A stretch of DNA of 64,000 nucleotides, from IMG/VR virus record IMGVR_UViG_3300034071_000958; one strand, 5' to 3'. The notes beneath the pieces were generated by a model, which saw nothing but the letters and a program-made list of their open reading frames with translations, had not been told where the DNA came from and did not search any database. Position numbers and translations under genes: made by a program. Source of the stretch: an uncultured virus (IMG/VR IMGVR_UViG_3300034071_000958). Taxonomy: Duplodnaviria > Heunggongvirae > Uroviricota > Caudoviricetes. How positions within the stretch are numbered: the first letter of the stretch is position 1; each line of letters starts with the position of its first letter. Of the stretch, positions 19,005 to 29,863 are shown piece after piece.

Positions 19005-21503
19005 ATGGCAATTACAACAAGTATTATTGGAAAAGTTAGGTATAATGTTAGAGGTGAATATAATACCTCATCATCATATACCGTAGATGATATCGTAACT
19101 TATGTTGGTTCCCAATATCTTTGTAAGACAGCAAACTCTAGTGGTTCTCAAGTTCCAGGAGTTGCTTCTTCAGCAATTTGGGAAAAACTTTCTGGTTTGA
19201 CAAGAGAAAGGGGCGAATGGAATTCTGGAACGGCATATCAATTAAATGATATTGTAACTGTATATCCAGAATATGCATACAACTCTATATGGAAATACTA
19301 TGATACCTATACTTATATTTGTAAGCAAGCAAATACAAACTATAACCCACTGACAAACGATGGTACTCAATGGGCATTATTATCTGAAGGTGGAATGTAT
19401 CGAAAGAATGCATTCCTCGCGGGGATGAATGAGGGATATACTCCACCCTACAAGCCACTGTGGAATGCAAGAAGTCAGTCAGTTATTGGAACAATCAATA
19501 CCGTTTTCTACAACACTGCAGGGTCTTTAATTAGAGAAACAAATACTGTTAATGGTAGAACAGGAAGTCCAAGCACTGCTATGTTAAGATTGACTGCTTC
19601 TGGTGGTGGTGGAAGTGGGTTTGTTGGTGTTGCCCATGTTAATGCTGCAACTCTAGCTGTTTTTCAATGTGATATTATTGATCCTGGAAGTGGTTATACT
19701 TCAACTCCAACCATCAGTGTAGATACAACTGTTACAGGATACACTGGTGTTTATGGTGGTGGTGCATTACCAACATTTGGTTGTAACGTCACGACTAACT
19801 CAACTGATGGTGCAACAGGAAGAACAGTTTTAGTTGGAATGGGTGATAGTATTGGACCTGCTAAGGCGTATGGAACGCACCAGTGTAGATACAATATGCG
19901 ATATGTAAATCGCAGACATCAATTCGTAAATATTGGAGAAAGTGTTTATACATCTGGAGGCACTTCCACAGATGGTCAGAGTCCAACCGATAATATGTTG
20001 GCAATGGCTCAGTTTGTGAATCTTGATTATCTTGATGGTGTCTTACCAACTCCAGATGGTGAATATCCAAAAGTTATTCAAGTTGAAAGTGGTGGATATA
20101 ATACATTAGTTCTTTTTAATAATGGCGAAGTTCATTATATGGGATATAATGGTAATGGAAATAGTGGAGGTAACTATACTAATAATTTCACGCAACAACC
20201 AGTAAGATGTGGATATTTCAATATTAATATTTCTGGAACCACTGCTTTGAGGGGTAAGAGAGCAATTCGTATTGCTGCTGCATCTGGTGGAGATAACAAC
20301 GAATCCCATGCAATGTATGCACTGATTGAAAATCCCACTGACGGAAGTAGAGAAATCTGGTCATGGGGATACAATGGTTATGGTCAATTAGGTCTTAATG
20401 ATACCACTAACAGACAGGTTCCAACTCAGATTACTTTTAGTGCTGGTGTTTATGGTAGAGTTGTTTCAATCTGGGCAACTGGTGGAAACTATGGACAACT
20501 GTATGTTCTAACTGATCTGGGCCACTTGTATGCATGTGGATACAATGGATATGGACAAATTGGAAATGGAAACACAACAAACCAATCAGTTCTCGTTCGT
20601 GTTGATGCCAATGATATTGGAACATTAACTGGAACCAACGGTAGGGTTAGAAAGTTCAGTATAAACGGTGGTGGTTCTCATGGAACTTGTGCTCTACTCA
20701 AAGGTAATGGCACAGTCTTTACTTGGGGATATAATGGTTATGGGGGTCTAGGGCACAACCATACCTTCAATACATATGTTCCTGTTCAGGTAAGAACAAG
20801 TGGGTACTCTGGTGCATCAAACCCTGTTAGCACATCAGGAAACAAAGGTACAGGACAAGGAACTGCATTTACTGACTGTATTGATGTTTGGCAACTAGGT
20901 GGAAACAGTCACATGTTCATGTACCTCACAAGGGGAAGTTCGATTATCAACAATACTTTATACTCTTGTGGTTATAATGGATATTATAATTTAAGTATTT
21001 CTCAAAACAGTACAACCAATCAATCAACACTTCAAAACGTTCAAATTAATAATGGAAGTAACGCAACAAATGTAATGTCTGTGACTTCTAATCAAGGTCA
21101 TAGCAGTTCACACATTCAAGTTGCAATTTATCGTTATGACTCAACATTTGCTGCTAGAGCCAAGAACAATCTTGGTCAATGGTTCCATGGTGGATTTGAT
21201 AATGGTGTATCTGGCAACTGTCAAAATGATTCTTATAATGCAAGAGGTGACCAAGATCCAAACAGAATTGATGCCAACTTTCGACTAAAAAATAATATGT
21301 ATGAGCCTTATGCTGCATGGGGCAACTGGTTCTATGATGTATCTGGAACATCTGCTTCAAAGAATGGATTCTATGCAGACCTTAGAACTGGTCAAGTATT
21401 TGGGACACAAAATGGTAATACAGGTAATAATGGATATTGTGGAGGACTTGTATCACAAGGTGGTAGAGGCAATATAAATCACATTAGATATACACACATG
21501 TAA
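19005..21503 (+). CDS. RCC1/BLIP-II-like beta-propeller protein (putative receptor-binding)
   Basis: Repeated WGYNGYGQLG / CGYNGYGQIG blades; N-terminal RGEY..Y..DDIV repeats. Confidence 0.8.
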   Translation: MAITTSIIGKVRYNVRGEYNTSSSYTVDDIVTYVGSQYLCKTANSSGSQVPGVASSAIWEKLSGLTRERGEWNSGTAYQLNDIVTVYPEYAYNSIWKYYDTYTYICKQANTNYNPLTNDGTQWALLSEGGMYRKNAFLAGMNEGYTPPYKPLWNARSQSVIGTINTVFYNTAGSLIRETNTVNGRTGSPSTAMLRLTASGGGGSGFVGVAHVNAATLAVFQCDIIDPGSGYTSTPTISVDTTVTGYTGVYGGGALPTFGCNVTTNSTDGATGRTVLVGMGDSIGPAKAYGTHQCRYNMRYVNRRHQFVNIGESVYTSGGTSTDGQSPTDNMLAMAQFVNLDYLDGVLPTPDGEYPKVIQVESGGYNTLVLFNNGEVHYMGYNGNGNSGGNYTNNFTQQPVRCGYFNINISGTTALRGKRAIRIAAASGGDNNESHAMYALIENPTDGSREIWSWGYNGYGQLGLNDTTNRQVPTQITFSAGVYGRVVSIWATGGNYGQLYVLTDLGHLYACGYNGYGQIGNGNTTNQSVLVRVDANDIGTLTGTNGRVRKFSINGGGSHGTCALLKGNGTVFTWGYNGYGGLGHNHTFNTYVPVQVRTSGYSGASNPVSTSGNKGTGQGTAFTDCIDVWQLGGNSHMFMYLTRGSSIINNTLYSCGYNGYYNLSISQNSTTNQSTLQNVQINNGSNATNVMSVTSNQGHSSSHIQVAIYRYDSTFAARAKNNLGQWFHGGFDNGVSGNCQNDSYNARGDQDPNRIDANFRLKNNMYEPYAAWGNWFYDVSGTSASKNGFYADLRTGQVFGTQNGNTGNNGYCGGLVSQGGRGNINHIRYTHM

Positions 21504-21516
21504 GGAGGTATAAATC

Positions 21517-24021
21517 ATGGCCGTCGTAACACTAGGAAAAGTTAAATTTGTTCATAGAGGAGCATACGTTCCTGCTACAACTTATAGCAAAGGTGACATT
21601 GTAACCTTTGAAGATAGACTTTATATCTACAAAAATGATGTCCCCAAAGCACATGCTCCAATTGTACTTCCAACTTTAAATGGATCAATTGCTAGTTTGG
21701 GGATTCAAACAAGCATTGTTACTGTTACTTTTACAGGATTTAATCCTCAAACTCAAACAGCAGGAATTGTAACATCATATTATCCCGAGGCACCAAAAGG
21801 TCCATGGAATCAGTCTCCTAGAACAGGTTTAAGACTTTACTCAAAACACTTTGATACTTATGCTGGGATTACCTCAATTGGTACAGTTACCTCAACAACT
21901 GCTGTCCTATATCTAACGAGTGTTGGGCTCAATACTGCAGTTGTAACTAATGACCCAATTGTTCTTGGACCAAGAAGAATGATGGGTCAATATGAGATTG
22001 CAACCAATGAAGTTGATTGGGACTTATATTCTGATGGAACAGCTCATGTTGGAACATGGTCACAAAGAACCACATATTATCCTGGAGATATTGTTAAGAG
22101 AAGGAATTCATCTTACATTTGTGGTGTAGGACATTCAAACGTTGATCCCTTATTTGATCATCTTGGCGCATGGGAAGTATTTTCAAGAGGTGATGACTTA
22201 ATGCCATCAGACCGTTGCCTTGGATTTGTCAATAACCAACCTTTTGGATGGAAAGGTCATCCATATATTCTTGGACCACAATGGGGAACGGTTAATAGAT
22301 GGAATGGAAATATTCCTTGGAATACATCTTTAGGAATCGGATCAACTTCAGTCCATGCCTGGAGATGGAATCCAGGATGGAATAAAGGTCATATGTCATA
22401 TAGAAACTCTGAGCAGTTTATTAATGGCGAGGGCGTCATTATGGCTGAGAGTGGAACTAGTAATGCTTATATGCATAGTGATGGTGGTGCTCACATCGAG
22501 GCTCAAGAAAATGATGTACCATATCACATTGATTTTAACAGTGGTGAATGGGCAAACTTTGGAAATAACCCATTCCATATGACGAGAAGAACACCTAGAA
22601 TTATCCAATCTATGCAAGCTTGGAATGATAATAGGTGGCACCTAACTTCTGATGGCGGAGTTCATGTTTCAGGTCAGTCAAACCATGGTCGTGACGGTTA
22701 CTCCAACGATGATGGTCAGGCAACTCAAGCTGCATTTACAATTCCTAGAAAAGCATTCAAGAATCGTTCAATCGTAAAACTTGTAACTGGTGGACATCAA
22801 TCTAGAGACGGTGATGCCCATTGTATTGCTCTTGATGAATATGGTGAGATTCACTGCTGGGGTAGAAACGATACAGGTCAGTGTGGTATTTCTTCTGACT
22901 CTGGAACCACTTCTGGTAGTGGTAATTCTCCAGACATTTATTATTTTGAAGATAATGGTATGGGTGTGAACAACCGTGCCTGGTTGATTCATACAATGAA
23001 TAAAGATTTCTTCTTCGGTGGAAATAGAATCGTAGATATTTGGGCTGGACATAGAACTTCATACGCACTTGATGAAGCAGGAAACCTTTGGTCTTGGGGA
23101 TACAATCATCAAGGTCAATTGATGTATCCAACAAACAGTGGATTCAGGGATTCTGACCGCTCATATACTCCTCTCAAAGTTCCCGTCAATTGGAACACTT
23201 ATGGTGGTATTCAAAAACTTGTTGTTGCTTCTTCAGAAAATCTTTATACCATCGCACTTCTTGATGGTCAAGGATACGTTTGGACATGTGGATACAATGG
23301 ATATGGTCAATTGGGTGATGGCACTACAACGAATAACAGTAACTCTTCAACAATTACAAGAAGAACATCATGGACTGGTGCTGCACAAATTGTAAATGTA
23401 TGGGTAGATATTGATGATGGTGGATATGGGCATATTTGGTATAGAACTCAGAATGGAAATACTTATGGTGTTGGTTATGATGGTCATTACAATTTAACTA
23501 CAGGTTCTGCACCATCTTCTAGAACATCTCCAAACATTATTCTTGGTCCAGGAAATACTTCAACACAAGCACTTACAAATATTGTTTGTATGTCTTCTGC
23601 TGGTAGATCGGGTGGCACGACACAACACTTCCTTGATCAAAAGGGTTATGTCTATGCAACAGGTTGGAATGGATATGGTGTTGGTGGAATTGGTAGAGAT
23701 TCTACAATCGCAAACAATAATGCAAGGCACCAACAAAATGGACAATCACAATACGCTGTTGCAAGAAAAATCCATGCTCCATATTATATGGCAAATCCAA
23801 TGACAGCATATGATTCTCATCCTTGGGGTGGGTCCGCTTGTATAGATATAAGTAGCACAGGAGATTATGAGGGAACTCTTGGAGTGAATCATAATGTTAG
23901 AAGTCAAACCTTATTTGATAATGGAGAAGTAATGCAAACAGGACGTAACTATGACTGGGGATTCGCTTCTTATCGTGGAACCGTTTATGGGACAGTTCCA
24001 TCATTGAATTGGGCAGGTTAA
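21517..24021 (+). CDS. RCC1-like beta-propeller protein
   Basis: WGRNDTGQCG, WGYNHQGQL, CGYNGYGQLGDG; N-terminal RGAY..YSKGDIV; RBS AGGAGG. Confidence 0.8.
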   Translation: MAVVTLGKVKFVHRGAYVPATTYSKGDIVTFEDRLYIYKNDVPKAHAPIVLPTLNGSIASLGIQTSIVTVTFTGFNPQTQTAGIVTSYYPEAPKGPWNQSPRTGLRLYSKHFDTYAGITSIGTVTSTTAVLYLTSVGLNTAVVTNDPIVLGPRRMMGQYEIATNEVDWDLYSDGTAHVGTWSQRTTYYPGDIVKRRNSSYICGVGHSNVDPLFDHLGAWEVFSRGDDLMPSDRCLGFVNNQPFGWKGHPYILGPQWGTVNRWNGNIPWNTSLGIGSTSVHAWRWNPGWNKGHMSYRNSEQFINGEGVIMAESGTSNAYMHSDGGAHIEAQENDVPYHIDFNSGEWANFGNNPFHMTRRTPRIIQSMQAWNDNRWHLTSDGGVHVSGQSNHGRDGYSNDDGQATQAAFTIPRKAFKNRSIVKLVTGGHQSRDGDAHCIALDEYGEIHCWGRNDTGQCGISSDSGTTSGSGNSPDIYYFEDNGMGVNNRAWLIHTMNKDFFFGGNRIVDIWAGHRTSYALDEAGNLWSWGYNHQGQLMYPTNSGFRDSDRSYTPLKVPVNWNTYGGIQKLVVASSENLYTIALLDGQGYVWTCGYNGYGQLGDGTTTNNSNSSTITRRTSWTGAAQIVNVWVDIDDGGYGHIWYRTQNGNTYGVGYDGHYNLTTGSAPSSRTSPNIILGPGNTSTQALTNIVCMSSAGRSGGTTQHFLDQKGYVYATGWNGYGVGGIGRDSTIANNNARHQQNGQSQYAVARKIHAPYYMANPMTAYDSHPWGGSACIDISSTGDYEGTLGVNHNVRSQTLFDNGEVMQTGRNYDWGFASYRGTVYGTVPSLNWAG

Positions 24022-24033
24022 GGAGGAAACAAA

Positions 24034-24762
24034 ATGGCTATCAATACTGAAAGAAAAATTATATCCATTAATTCAGCATATGATGCAATGAACTGGCCCG
24101 ATATTGGTCTTCCAAAGGAACCTCCTATTATTGGTATCAGAACCGATTATGTATGTTGTTATATTTTTGATGAGGGTGGTGAAAAGATTGGAGAAGAAAT
24201 GCAAAAAACTGAAATTGAAGTCAGAGACCCAGATTTTCAGATTGAGCCTGAGGTTATTTTATTACTTAGATCTGGCAACATGATTGGAGTTGCTAATACA
24301 ACAATCGTTGCACAAACATCTCCAAATACAGAACAAAGGAGTTATTATTCGATTCATCCAAACTATACAATGGATATTTTGAAAACCGCATTTTATATTC
24401 CAGATGTGGATGCGATTATGGATCCAGATAATCCAGAACAAGAAAGATATAGTGGTGATTTGGAAATACTTTCTAATACAACTGAAGAAGAATTATTTGA
24501 TATAAGATTTGAAACTTCAGAGTCACTATCTGAATCTTTAGGTGATGATTATTGTCGTAGAATACTACAGCGTAATCCTAATATTAGGGATAAATACTTT
24601 GAAGACCCAGAATATCTAAACTACTTGGGTATATCAACAACTCCTTCCAGTGAAGAGCAAACTATTTTACAAATAACAAAAGTAGAAGATATACCACCAC
24701 CATCTGATCCTAATGATATGATTAACTTTACTAGATGGTCTCCAACTTCATCTCCAGAATAA
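24034..24762 (+). CDS. Acidic hypothetical protein
   Basis: Strong RBS AGGAGG; 242 aa; lies within the RCC1 operon. Confidence 0.7.
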   Translation: MAINTERKIISINSAYDAMNWPDIGLPKEPPIIGIRTDYVCCYIFDEGGEKIGEEMQKTEIEVRDPDFQIEPEVILLLRSGNMIGVANTTIVAQTSPNTEQRSYYSIHPNYTMDILKTAFYIPDVDAIMDPDNPEQERYSGDLEILSNTTEEELFDIRFETSESLSESLGDDYCRRILQRNPNIRDKYFEDPEYLNYLGISTTPSSEEQTILQITKVEDIPPPSDPNDMINFTRWSPTSSPE

Positions 24763-24771
24763 CAATAATCT

Positions 24772-26946
24772 ATGGAAAAGCTAACTAGTCTTGCTAATAA
24801 TTTAACTCTAAATTACCGTGGAGAGTGGAGAGAAGGAGTTTCTTATACTAAAAATGATGTTATAAGAGTTAATGGTGCCGCTTATATTTGTAAAACCGAT
24901 AAGTATGCTGAAAATAATTTATATGGTGAAAAATATAAACCAGAAAATGATACGCAGGGATGGGATAGATATTCCTCTGGTTATATGTGGACTGGTCAGT
25001 GGATGGAGAATGGAACTTACTATCCAGGAGATGTAGTAAATTATAATGGCGATCGTTATGTTTGTATGAAGCATGGTAGGATGATTCATCCTATCTACGA
25101 AAGAACATCAGCAACAACATATTGGCAAAGAATTAGTGCTAGTTCAAATCAGAATAAAGAAAATAGAATCCTACAATTTAATAATCGCAACCCTATGGGT
25201 TGGAATGATAGAAATATGGGGCATATTCCTGGAAGAATAGATAATGGTGCTTTATCTAACCAGGGATATTCGTTTATTAATGGTGAGTTTGAAGCAGTTC
25301 ATATAGGTCGCCATAGTAGCTATGGATATGGTGGGTCTGAATATGGAGTTGGTGCGTCTCAACATAATCCAGCTGAATCAACATTCCAGTGGTGGGACCA
25401 CTATGATAATTATAGAAACTCTAGTGTAACTCAGGGTACAACTTGGTCAAGACCAAGATGTATTCAAATCGTTGGTGATGACCAACACATGTATGGATTC
25501 TTATTTGATAATGGAGAAGTTTTCTGGGCTGGTTGGATGGGTTCAGGGGAGCATGGTGATGGTGGAACAACTAACAGATATTATTCGAGAAGAGTTGGTC
25601 GAACAAACAATACTGGTGGTGGTTTCGATTATAACCAACAAATTCAACAGTATCAGGCTTCTCAAGGGAGTAGAGGTCAGGGATTTTTAAGGGATATTCA
25701 GGCAATTAAGATTGGAACAAGTTCTTCGTCTAATGCTAACAACTCAAGTAGTGTTAATGGTGCTCTGGATATTGATGGTCGGCTATGGACTTGGGGATAT
25801 AACGGATACTCTGGACTAGGTAGAAACTTTAGGTATAATAATAACTGGTTTAATAGCTATGTTCCAGCTAGAATTCCTCAGCAATATTTTGATAACCGAA
25901 AACTTTTAGATTTTTGGTTAGCTGGTGGTAACTATCAGTATGGGTTTGCTCAAGATGAAGATGGCAATCTATGGGGTTGGGGATGGAATGGTAATGACCA
26001 ACTTGGTGTTGGTAATGACCAATACACTGGTGCTCCAAGAAAAGTTTTATATAATTGGGAAAAGCATGGCGGAATTAAAAAAATAGCAACTGCTGGATAT
26101 AATACTTACTATACTACAGTTGTCCTTACAAATGATGGTGTTTTGCACATGGCTGGACTTCTTAATTGGATTGGTTCCAACCTTTATAGTTCTGGTTCAT
26201 ACGATGGGGATGAGCCAAATGGTGGAACAGGATTTTCTCCAATGCAAAAAGTTTGGTGGGATAGAGCTAGATCTCTTGAGGTGTCAGGATCTGGTCTTAG
26301 GAGCTTATGGAATATTACAGACTTATACAATGATGTTGAAGATTTTTGGCTAAGTAATGACCAGAATAATCCAAGATTGTTTATTAAACAGAGAAGTACG
26401 GGAATGATTTATGGTGTTGGTGTGCAATCTTACCATAGATTTACTTCACTTGATCAACTCCTGGCAGAAAACCAAAATACTGGTGATTTTCCATGGTCAA
26501 ACACAAATCTTCAATACCCAGTTCCAGTTTATAGTGGTTCTAATGATGTTATTGATATTAGTAGAGTTGGTACTGGAAATGATGAATGGAGACTTGGATT
26601 ATTCCTAACTTCTAACCAAAGATGTCTTACTATCGGTGGTAATACCACAACAGATCCAGGTAGAGCAAAGGGTGTCAGTTTTAGAAGTGGCCGTCAAACA
26701 ATGGATAACCGAAACAAACTTCCATGGGAATTTGATGCTACTCAGTCCGCAGGCAACTTGCAAGCAAACTGGTTCTCAGCCATTGCATCAATACAAGGAT
26801 CTCAGGGTGATGGATGGTGGGCAATTTGTCAGGATGATAGACTATTTTATGTTGGTAACCAAACTTGGCCTGCTTCATTCGATCCTGGAAGATACTCCAC
26901 TCAATCGTCCGTACATTCTTATAACTTATCCAGGGTTGCAACCTGA
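24772..26946 (+). CDS. RCC1-like beta-propeller protein
   Basis: WTWGYNGYSGLG, WGWGWNGNDQLG; N-terminal YRGEW..YTKNDVI repeats. Confidence 0.8.
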   Translation: MEKLTSLANNLTLNYRGEWREGVSYTKNDVIRVNGAAYICKTDKYAENNLYGEKYKPENDTQGWDRYSSGYMWTGQWMENGTYYPGDVVNYNGDRYVCMKHGRMIHPIYERTSATTYWQRISASSNQNKENRILQFNNRNPMGWNDRNMGHIPGRIDNGALSNQGYSFINGEFEAVHIGRHSSYGYGGSEYGVGASQHNPAESTFQWWDHYDNYRNSSVTQGTTWSRPRCIQIVGDDQHMYGFLFDNGEVFWAGWMGSGEHGDGGTTNRYYSRRVGRTNNTGGGFDYNQQIQQYQASQGSRGQGFLRDIQAIKIGTSSSSNANNSSSVNGALDIDGRLWTWGYNGYSGLGRNFRYNNNWFNSYVPARIPQQYFDNRKLLDFWLAGGNYQYGFAQDEDGNLWGWGWNGNDQLGVGNDQYTGAPRKVLYNWEKHGGIKKIATAGYNTYYTTVVLTNDGVLHMAGLLNWIGSNLYSSGSYDGDEPNGGTGFSPMQKVWWDRARSLEVSGSGLRSLWNITDLYNDVEDFWLSNDQNNPRLFIKQRSTGMIYGVGVQSYHRFTSLDQLLAENQNTGDFPWSNTNLQYPVPVYSGSNDVIDISRVGTGNDEWRLGLFLTSNQRCLTIGGNTTTDPGRAKGVSFRSGRQTMDNRNKLPWEFDATQSAGNLQANWFSAIASIQGSQGDGWWAICQDDRLFYVGNQTWPASFDPGRYSTQSSVHSYNLSRVAT

Positions 26947-26949
26947 TAC

Positions 26950-26978
26950 TTGTAAAACCCATATATATTTGGTATAAT
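26950..26978 (+). promoter_or_regulatory. Sigma70-type promoter for the glycan-modification cluster
   Basis: TTGTAA(26950)-17-TATAAT(26973) with TG extension. Confidence 0.6.
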
Positions 26979-27002
26979 TGATAATAACCTTAGTTGAAGT
27001 GT

Positions 27003-27995
27003 ATGCATTTTGCAAAAATTGCTTTAGATAATGGTGGTAGTATTCATCCTTTAATCATTCCTTCTTATCTTACAAATGGCACGGGATTAATGAATCCTTC
27101 CATTTACAATGATAATGGTAAGTTAATGGTAAATCTTCGCCATGTGAACTATACATTCTACCACTCTGAAAAGAAAACTTTTCAGCATCAGTGGGGTCCT
27201 TTGACTTATGTGCATCCTGAAAATGATATGCACCTAAGGACTACGAATTATTATTTGGAGTTGGATGATAGTTTAAAAATAACGAGAGTCAATAAGATTG
27301 ATACTTCTGAGTTAGATAAAGAACCTCTTTGGGATTTTGTTGGTCTAGAAGATGCTAGACTTTTCCGTTGGGGAGGAGACTTGTATATTTCTGGTGTAAG
27401 AAGGGATACAACAACAAATGGTCAGGGAAGAATGGAACTGTCCAAGATTGTTGTTGGAGAAGATTATGTCAAAGAGGTTTCAAGAGTTCGTATTGAACCA
27501 CCCAAAGATCCTAATTCTTATTGTGAAAAGAATTGGATGCCCATTCCCGATATGGATTGGCACTATGTAAAGTGGTCAAATCCTACCGAAGTTGTCAAGG
27601 TTAATCCTACTGCAGGGACTTCTGAGACTATTGCTCTCACTCAAATGGTGGATATCCCCAGAGATGTACGTGGTGGTTCTCATGTGCTTCCCCTTGGAGA
27701 CAATTATTACTTCGCTCTTACACACGAAGTTGATTTGTTTAAGAGTGAAGTTGGTAGAAAGGATGGATTGTATCGTCACAGATTTCTTGTATGGGATAAA
27801 AATTGGCAGATACAAGGATTCTCTAAAGACTTTTCTTTCATGGATGCCCATGTTGAATTTTGTACGGGCATGTGCTACTATAAAGGTGACTTACTAATGA
27901 CTTTTGGATTCCAAGATAATGCCGCTTATGTGCTGAGAGTTTCTCCTCAGGTTGTAGAAGATTTTATTGCTGGAAAGTACGATGAAGAGAACTGA
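27003..27995 (+). CDS. Five-bladed beta-propeller glycoside hydrolase/phosphorylase-like protein (GH43/GH130-like)
   Basis: MNPSI, GLEDARL, EKNWMP, RGGS and VEFCTG motifs. ATG at 27003 preferred over TTG at 26994. Confidence 0.7.
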   Translation: MHFAKIALDNGGSIHPLIIPSYLTNGTGLMNPSIYNDNGKLMVNLRHVNYTFYHSEKKTFQHQWGPLTYVHPENDMHLRTTNYYLELDDSLKITRVNKIDTSELDKEPLWDFVGLEDARLFRWGGDLYISGVRRDTTTNGQGRMELSKIVVGEDYVKEVSRVRIEPPKDPNSYCEKNWMPIPDMDWHYVKWSNPTEVVKVNPTAGTSETIALTQMVDIPRDVRGGSHVLPLGDNYYFALTHEVDLFKSEVGRKDGLYRHRFLVWDKNWQIQGFSKDFSFMDAHVEFCTGMCYYKGDLLMTFGFQDNAAYVLRVSPQVVEDFIAGKYDEEN

Positions 27996-29859
27996 TATTA
28001 TTCAATCCCTAATTGATAAAGTTAAAGCAAAAAAGTATCTTGAGATTGGTGTCTCTGCAGGAGAGAATTTCAGGGAAATCAAATGCGATTATAAGGTTGG
28101 TGTCGATCCTGAACTGACTTCTCCAGCTACAATTTTTGCAACTTCAGATGATTTCTTTGAAAAAAATACTGAGAACTTTGATGTAATTTTTATCGATGGA
28201 TTGCATCATGCTGACCAAGTATATCGTGACATAATAAATTCACTAAAGATTTTGAATCCTGGTGGATACATTGTCTGCCACGATATGAACCCAGAACTGG
28301 AAGAGCATCAGGTTATTCCCTTCCGTGGTGGGATTTGGAACGGAGATTGTTGGAAAGCATTTGTAACTCTGAGACAAGAAAGAGATGATCTTTCTATGTG
28401 CGTTGTGGATGCTGATTATGGATGTGGAGTCATTCAAGTTGGCAAACAAGAAAAGTTAGTTTTTGATAATGCATTTCAGAAATTAGACTTTGCTAATTTT
28501 TCTAGAAATAGAAAGAAGTGGTTGAATTTAATTACTCCTGACCAGTTTGCATCGAAAGTATTAATGAAAAACACAGAAAACGATATTGTTGATGAGTCAT
28601 ATCTAATCAATCTTCTGGAAACTTATATTCAAAATCCAGATGATCCTGAGATTAACTATGAGTTGGCTATTTTCTATGATGAAATTGGGCAGACTGCTGC
28701 TGCAATGTCATATTATCTGAGAACTACTGAAAGGTCTGATGATAAACTACTTCAGTATGAGTGCCTTATTCGTGCTTCGATGTGTTATGACAAACAAGGA
28801 ACTCGTAAATTTACTGTTAAGGGTTTGATTCAGAATGCAATCACAGTTATCCCATCTCGCCCTGAAGGTCATTTTCTTCTTGCGAGATACTATGAACGCT
28901 CTGATCAGGATGGAAGTTGGAAAGATTGTTATCTAACTGCTTGTGTTGCTGAAGAGTTTTGTGATAGGAATCCACCACCACTACGCACTAAGGTAGATTA
29001 TCCAGGATTTTATGGAATTCTATTTGAGAAAGCCATATCATCTTGGTGGTGTGGTCTATGTGATGAGTCTCGTGATATGTTGCAGGACTTGCTTGACAAC
29101 TATGAACTTGATGAAGTGCATCGCCAAGCAGTTATTTCTAATCTTGAAAAACTCACTGGTGATAAATCATCTGGATTACCAAAGTTGAATTGGTATTCTA
29201 AAAAGAATCATGGTAAATTAAGATTTAAGTTTAAAGGTTCTAAAGAGGTTGAAAAGAACTATGCAGAATCTTATCAGGATATGTTTGTTCTTTCCATGCT
29301 CAATGGTAAGAAGAATGGAACATACCTTGAAATTGGAGCAGGCAATGCTTTCTATGGAAACAATACTGCATTATTAGAAACAAAATATGGATGGAACGGT
29401 GTTGCCCTTGATATTGATGAAAACTTTGTTAATGCCCATAATCAGGAGAGAAAGCATACATGCTTACTCAAAGATGCCCTCAAAGTCAATTACGAGCGGT
29501 TCCTGAATGGGTTAGACATGCCAACCGATATCGACTACCTACAACTTGATTGCGACCCTCCTGAGGTCACCTACAAGATACTCCTGACGATGCCTTTTGA
29601 GACTCATCGCTTTGCTGTCATTACTTATGAGCATGACTACTATTGTGATGAGACAAAATCTTTCAGAGATAAGTCTCGAAAGTACCTTGAGTCTTTTGGT
29701 TATAAATTAGTTGTAGATAATATTTCACCCGATGATAATAGACCTTATGAAGACTGGTGGGTGCATCCAGAATTGGTTGATGAAAAAATCATTCAGAAAA
29801 TGATTTGCGTTGATGGTGAAACTAAAAAAGCTGAAAAGTACATGTTAAATTCTCTGTAA
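27982..29859 (+). CDS. Fusion: methyltransferase + TPR region + second (FkbM-like) methyltransferase domain
   Basis: YLEIGV..FIDGLH..GGYIVCHD; helical TPR-like middle; SYQDMFV..YLEIGA..NNTALLE..IDYLQLDCD..EDWWV. ATG at 27982. Confidence 0.8.
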   Translation: MKRTDIIQSLIDKVKAKKYLEIGVSAGENFREIKCDYKVGVDPELTSPATIFATSDDFFEKNTENFDVIFIDGLHHADQVYRDIINSLKILNPGGYIVCHDMNPELEEHQVIPFRGGIWNGDCWKAFVTLRQERDDLSMCVVDADYGCGVIQVGKQEKLVFDNAFQKLDFANFSRNRKKWLNLITPDQFASKVLMKNTENDIVDESYLINLLETYIQNPDDPEINYELAIFYDEIGQTAAAMSYYLRTTERSDDKLLQYECLIRASMCYDKQGTRKFTVKGLIQNAITVIPSRPEGHFLLARYYERSDQDGSWKDCYLTACVAEEFCDRNPPPLRTKVDYPGFYGILFEKAISSWWCGLCDESRDMLQDLLDNYELDEVHRQAVISNLEKLTGDKSSGLPKLNWYSKKNHGKLRFKFKGSKEVEKNYAESYQDMFVLSMLNGKKNGTYLEIGAGNAFYGNNTALLETKYGWNGVALDIDENFVNAHNQERKHTCLLKDALKVNYERFLNGLDMPTDIDYLQLDCDPPEVTYKILLTMPFETHRFAVITYEHDYYCDETKSFRDKSRKYLESFGYKLVVDNISPDDNRPYEDWWVHPELVDEKIIQKMICVDGETKKAEKYMLNSL

Positions 29860-29863
29860 TCTT

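Noticed and set aside
19005..26946. Diversity-generating retroelement targeting the RCC1/fibre genes
   Set aside because: No reverse transcriptase and no TR/VR pair differing only at adenines was seen in this window.
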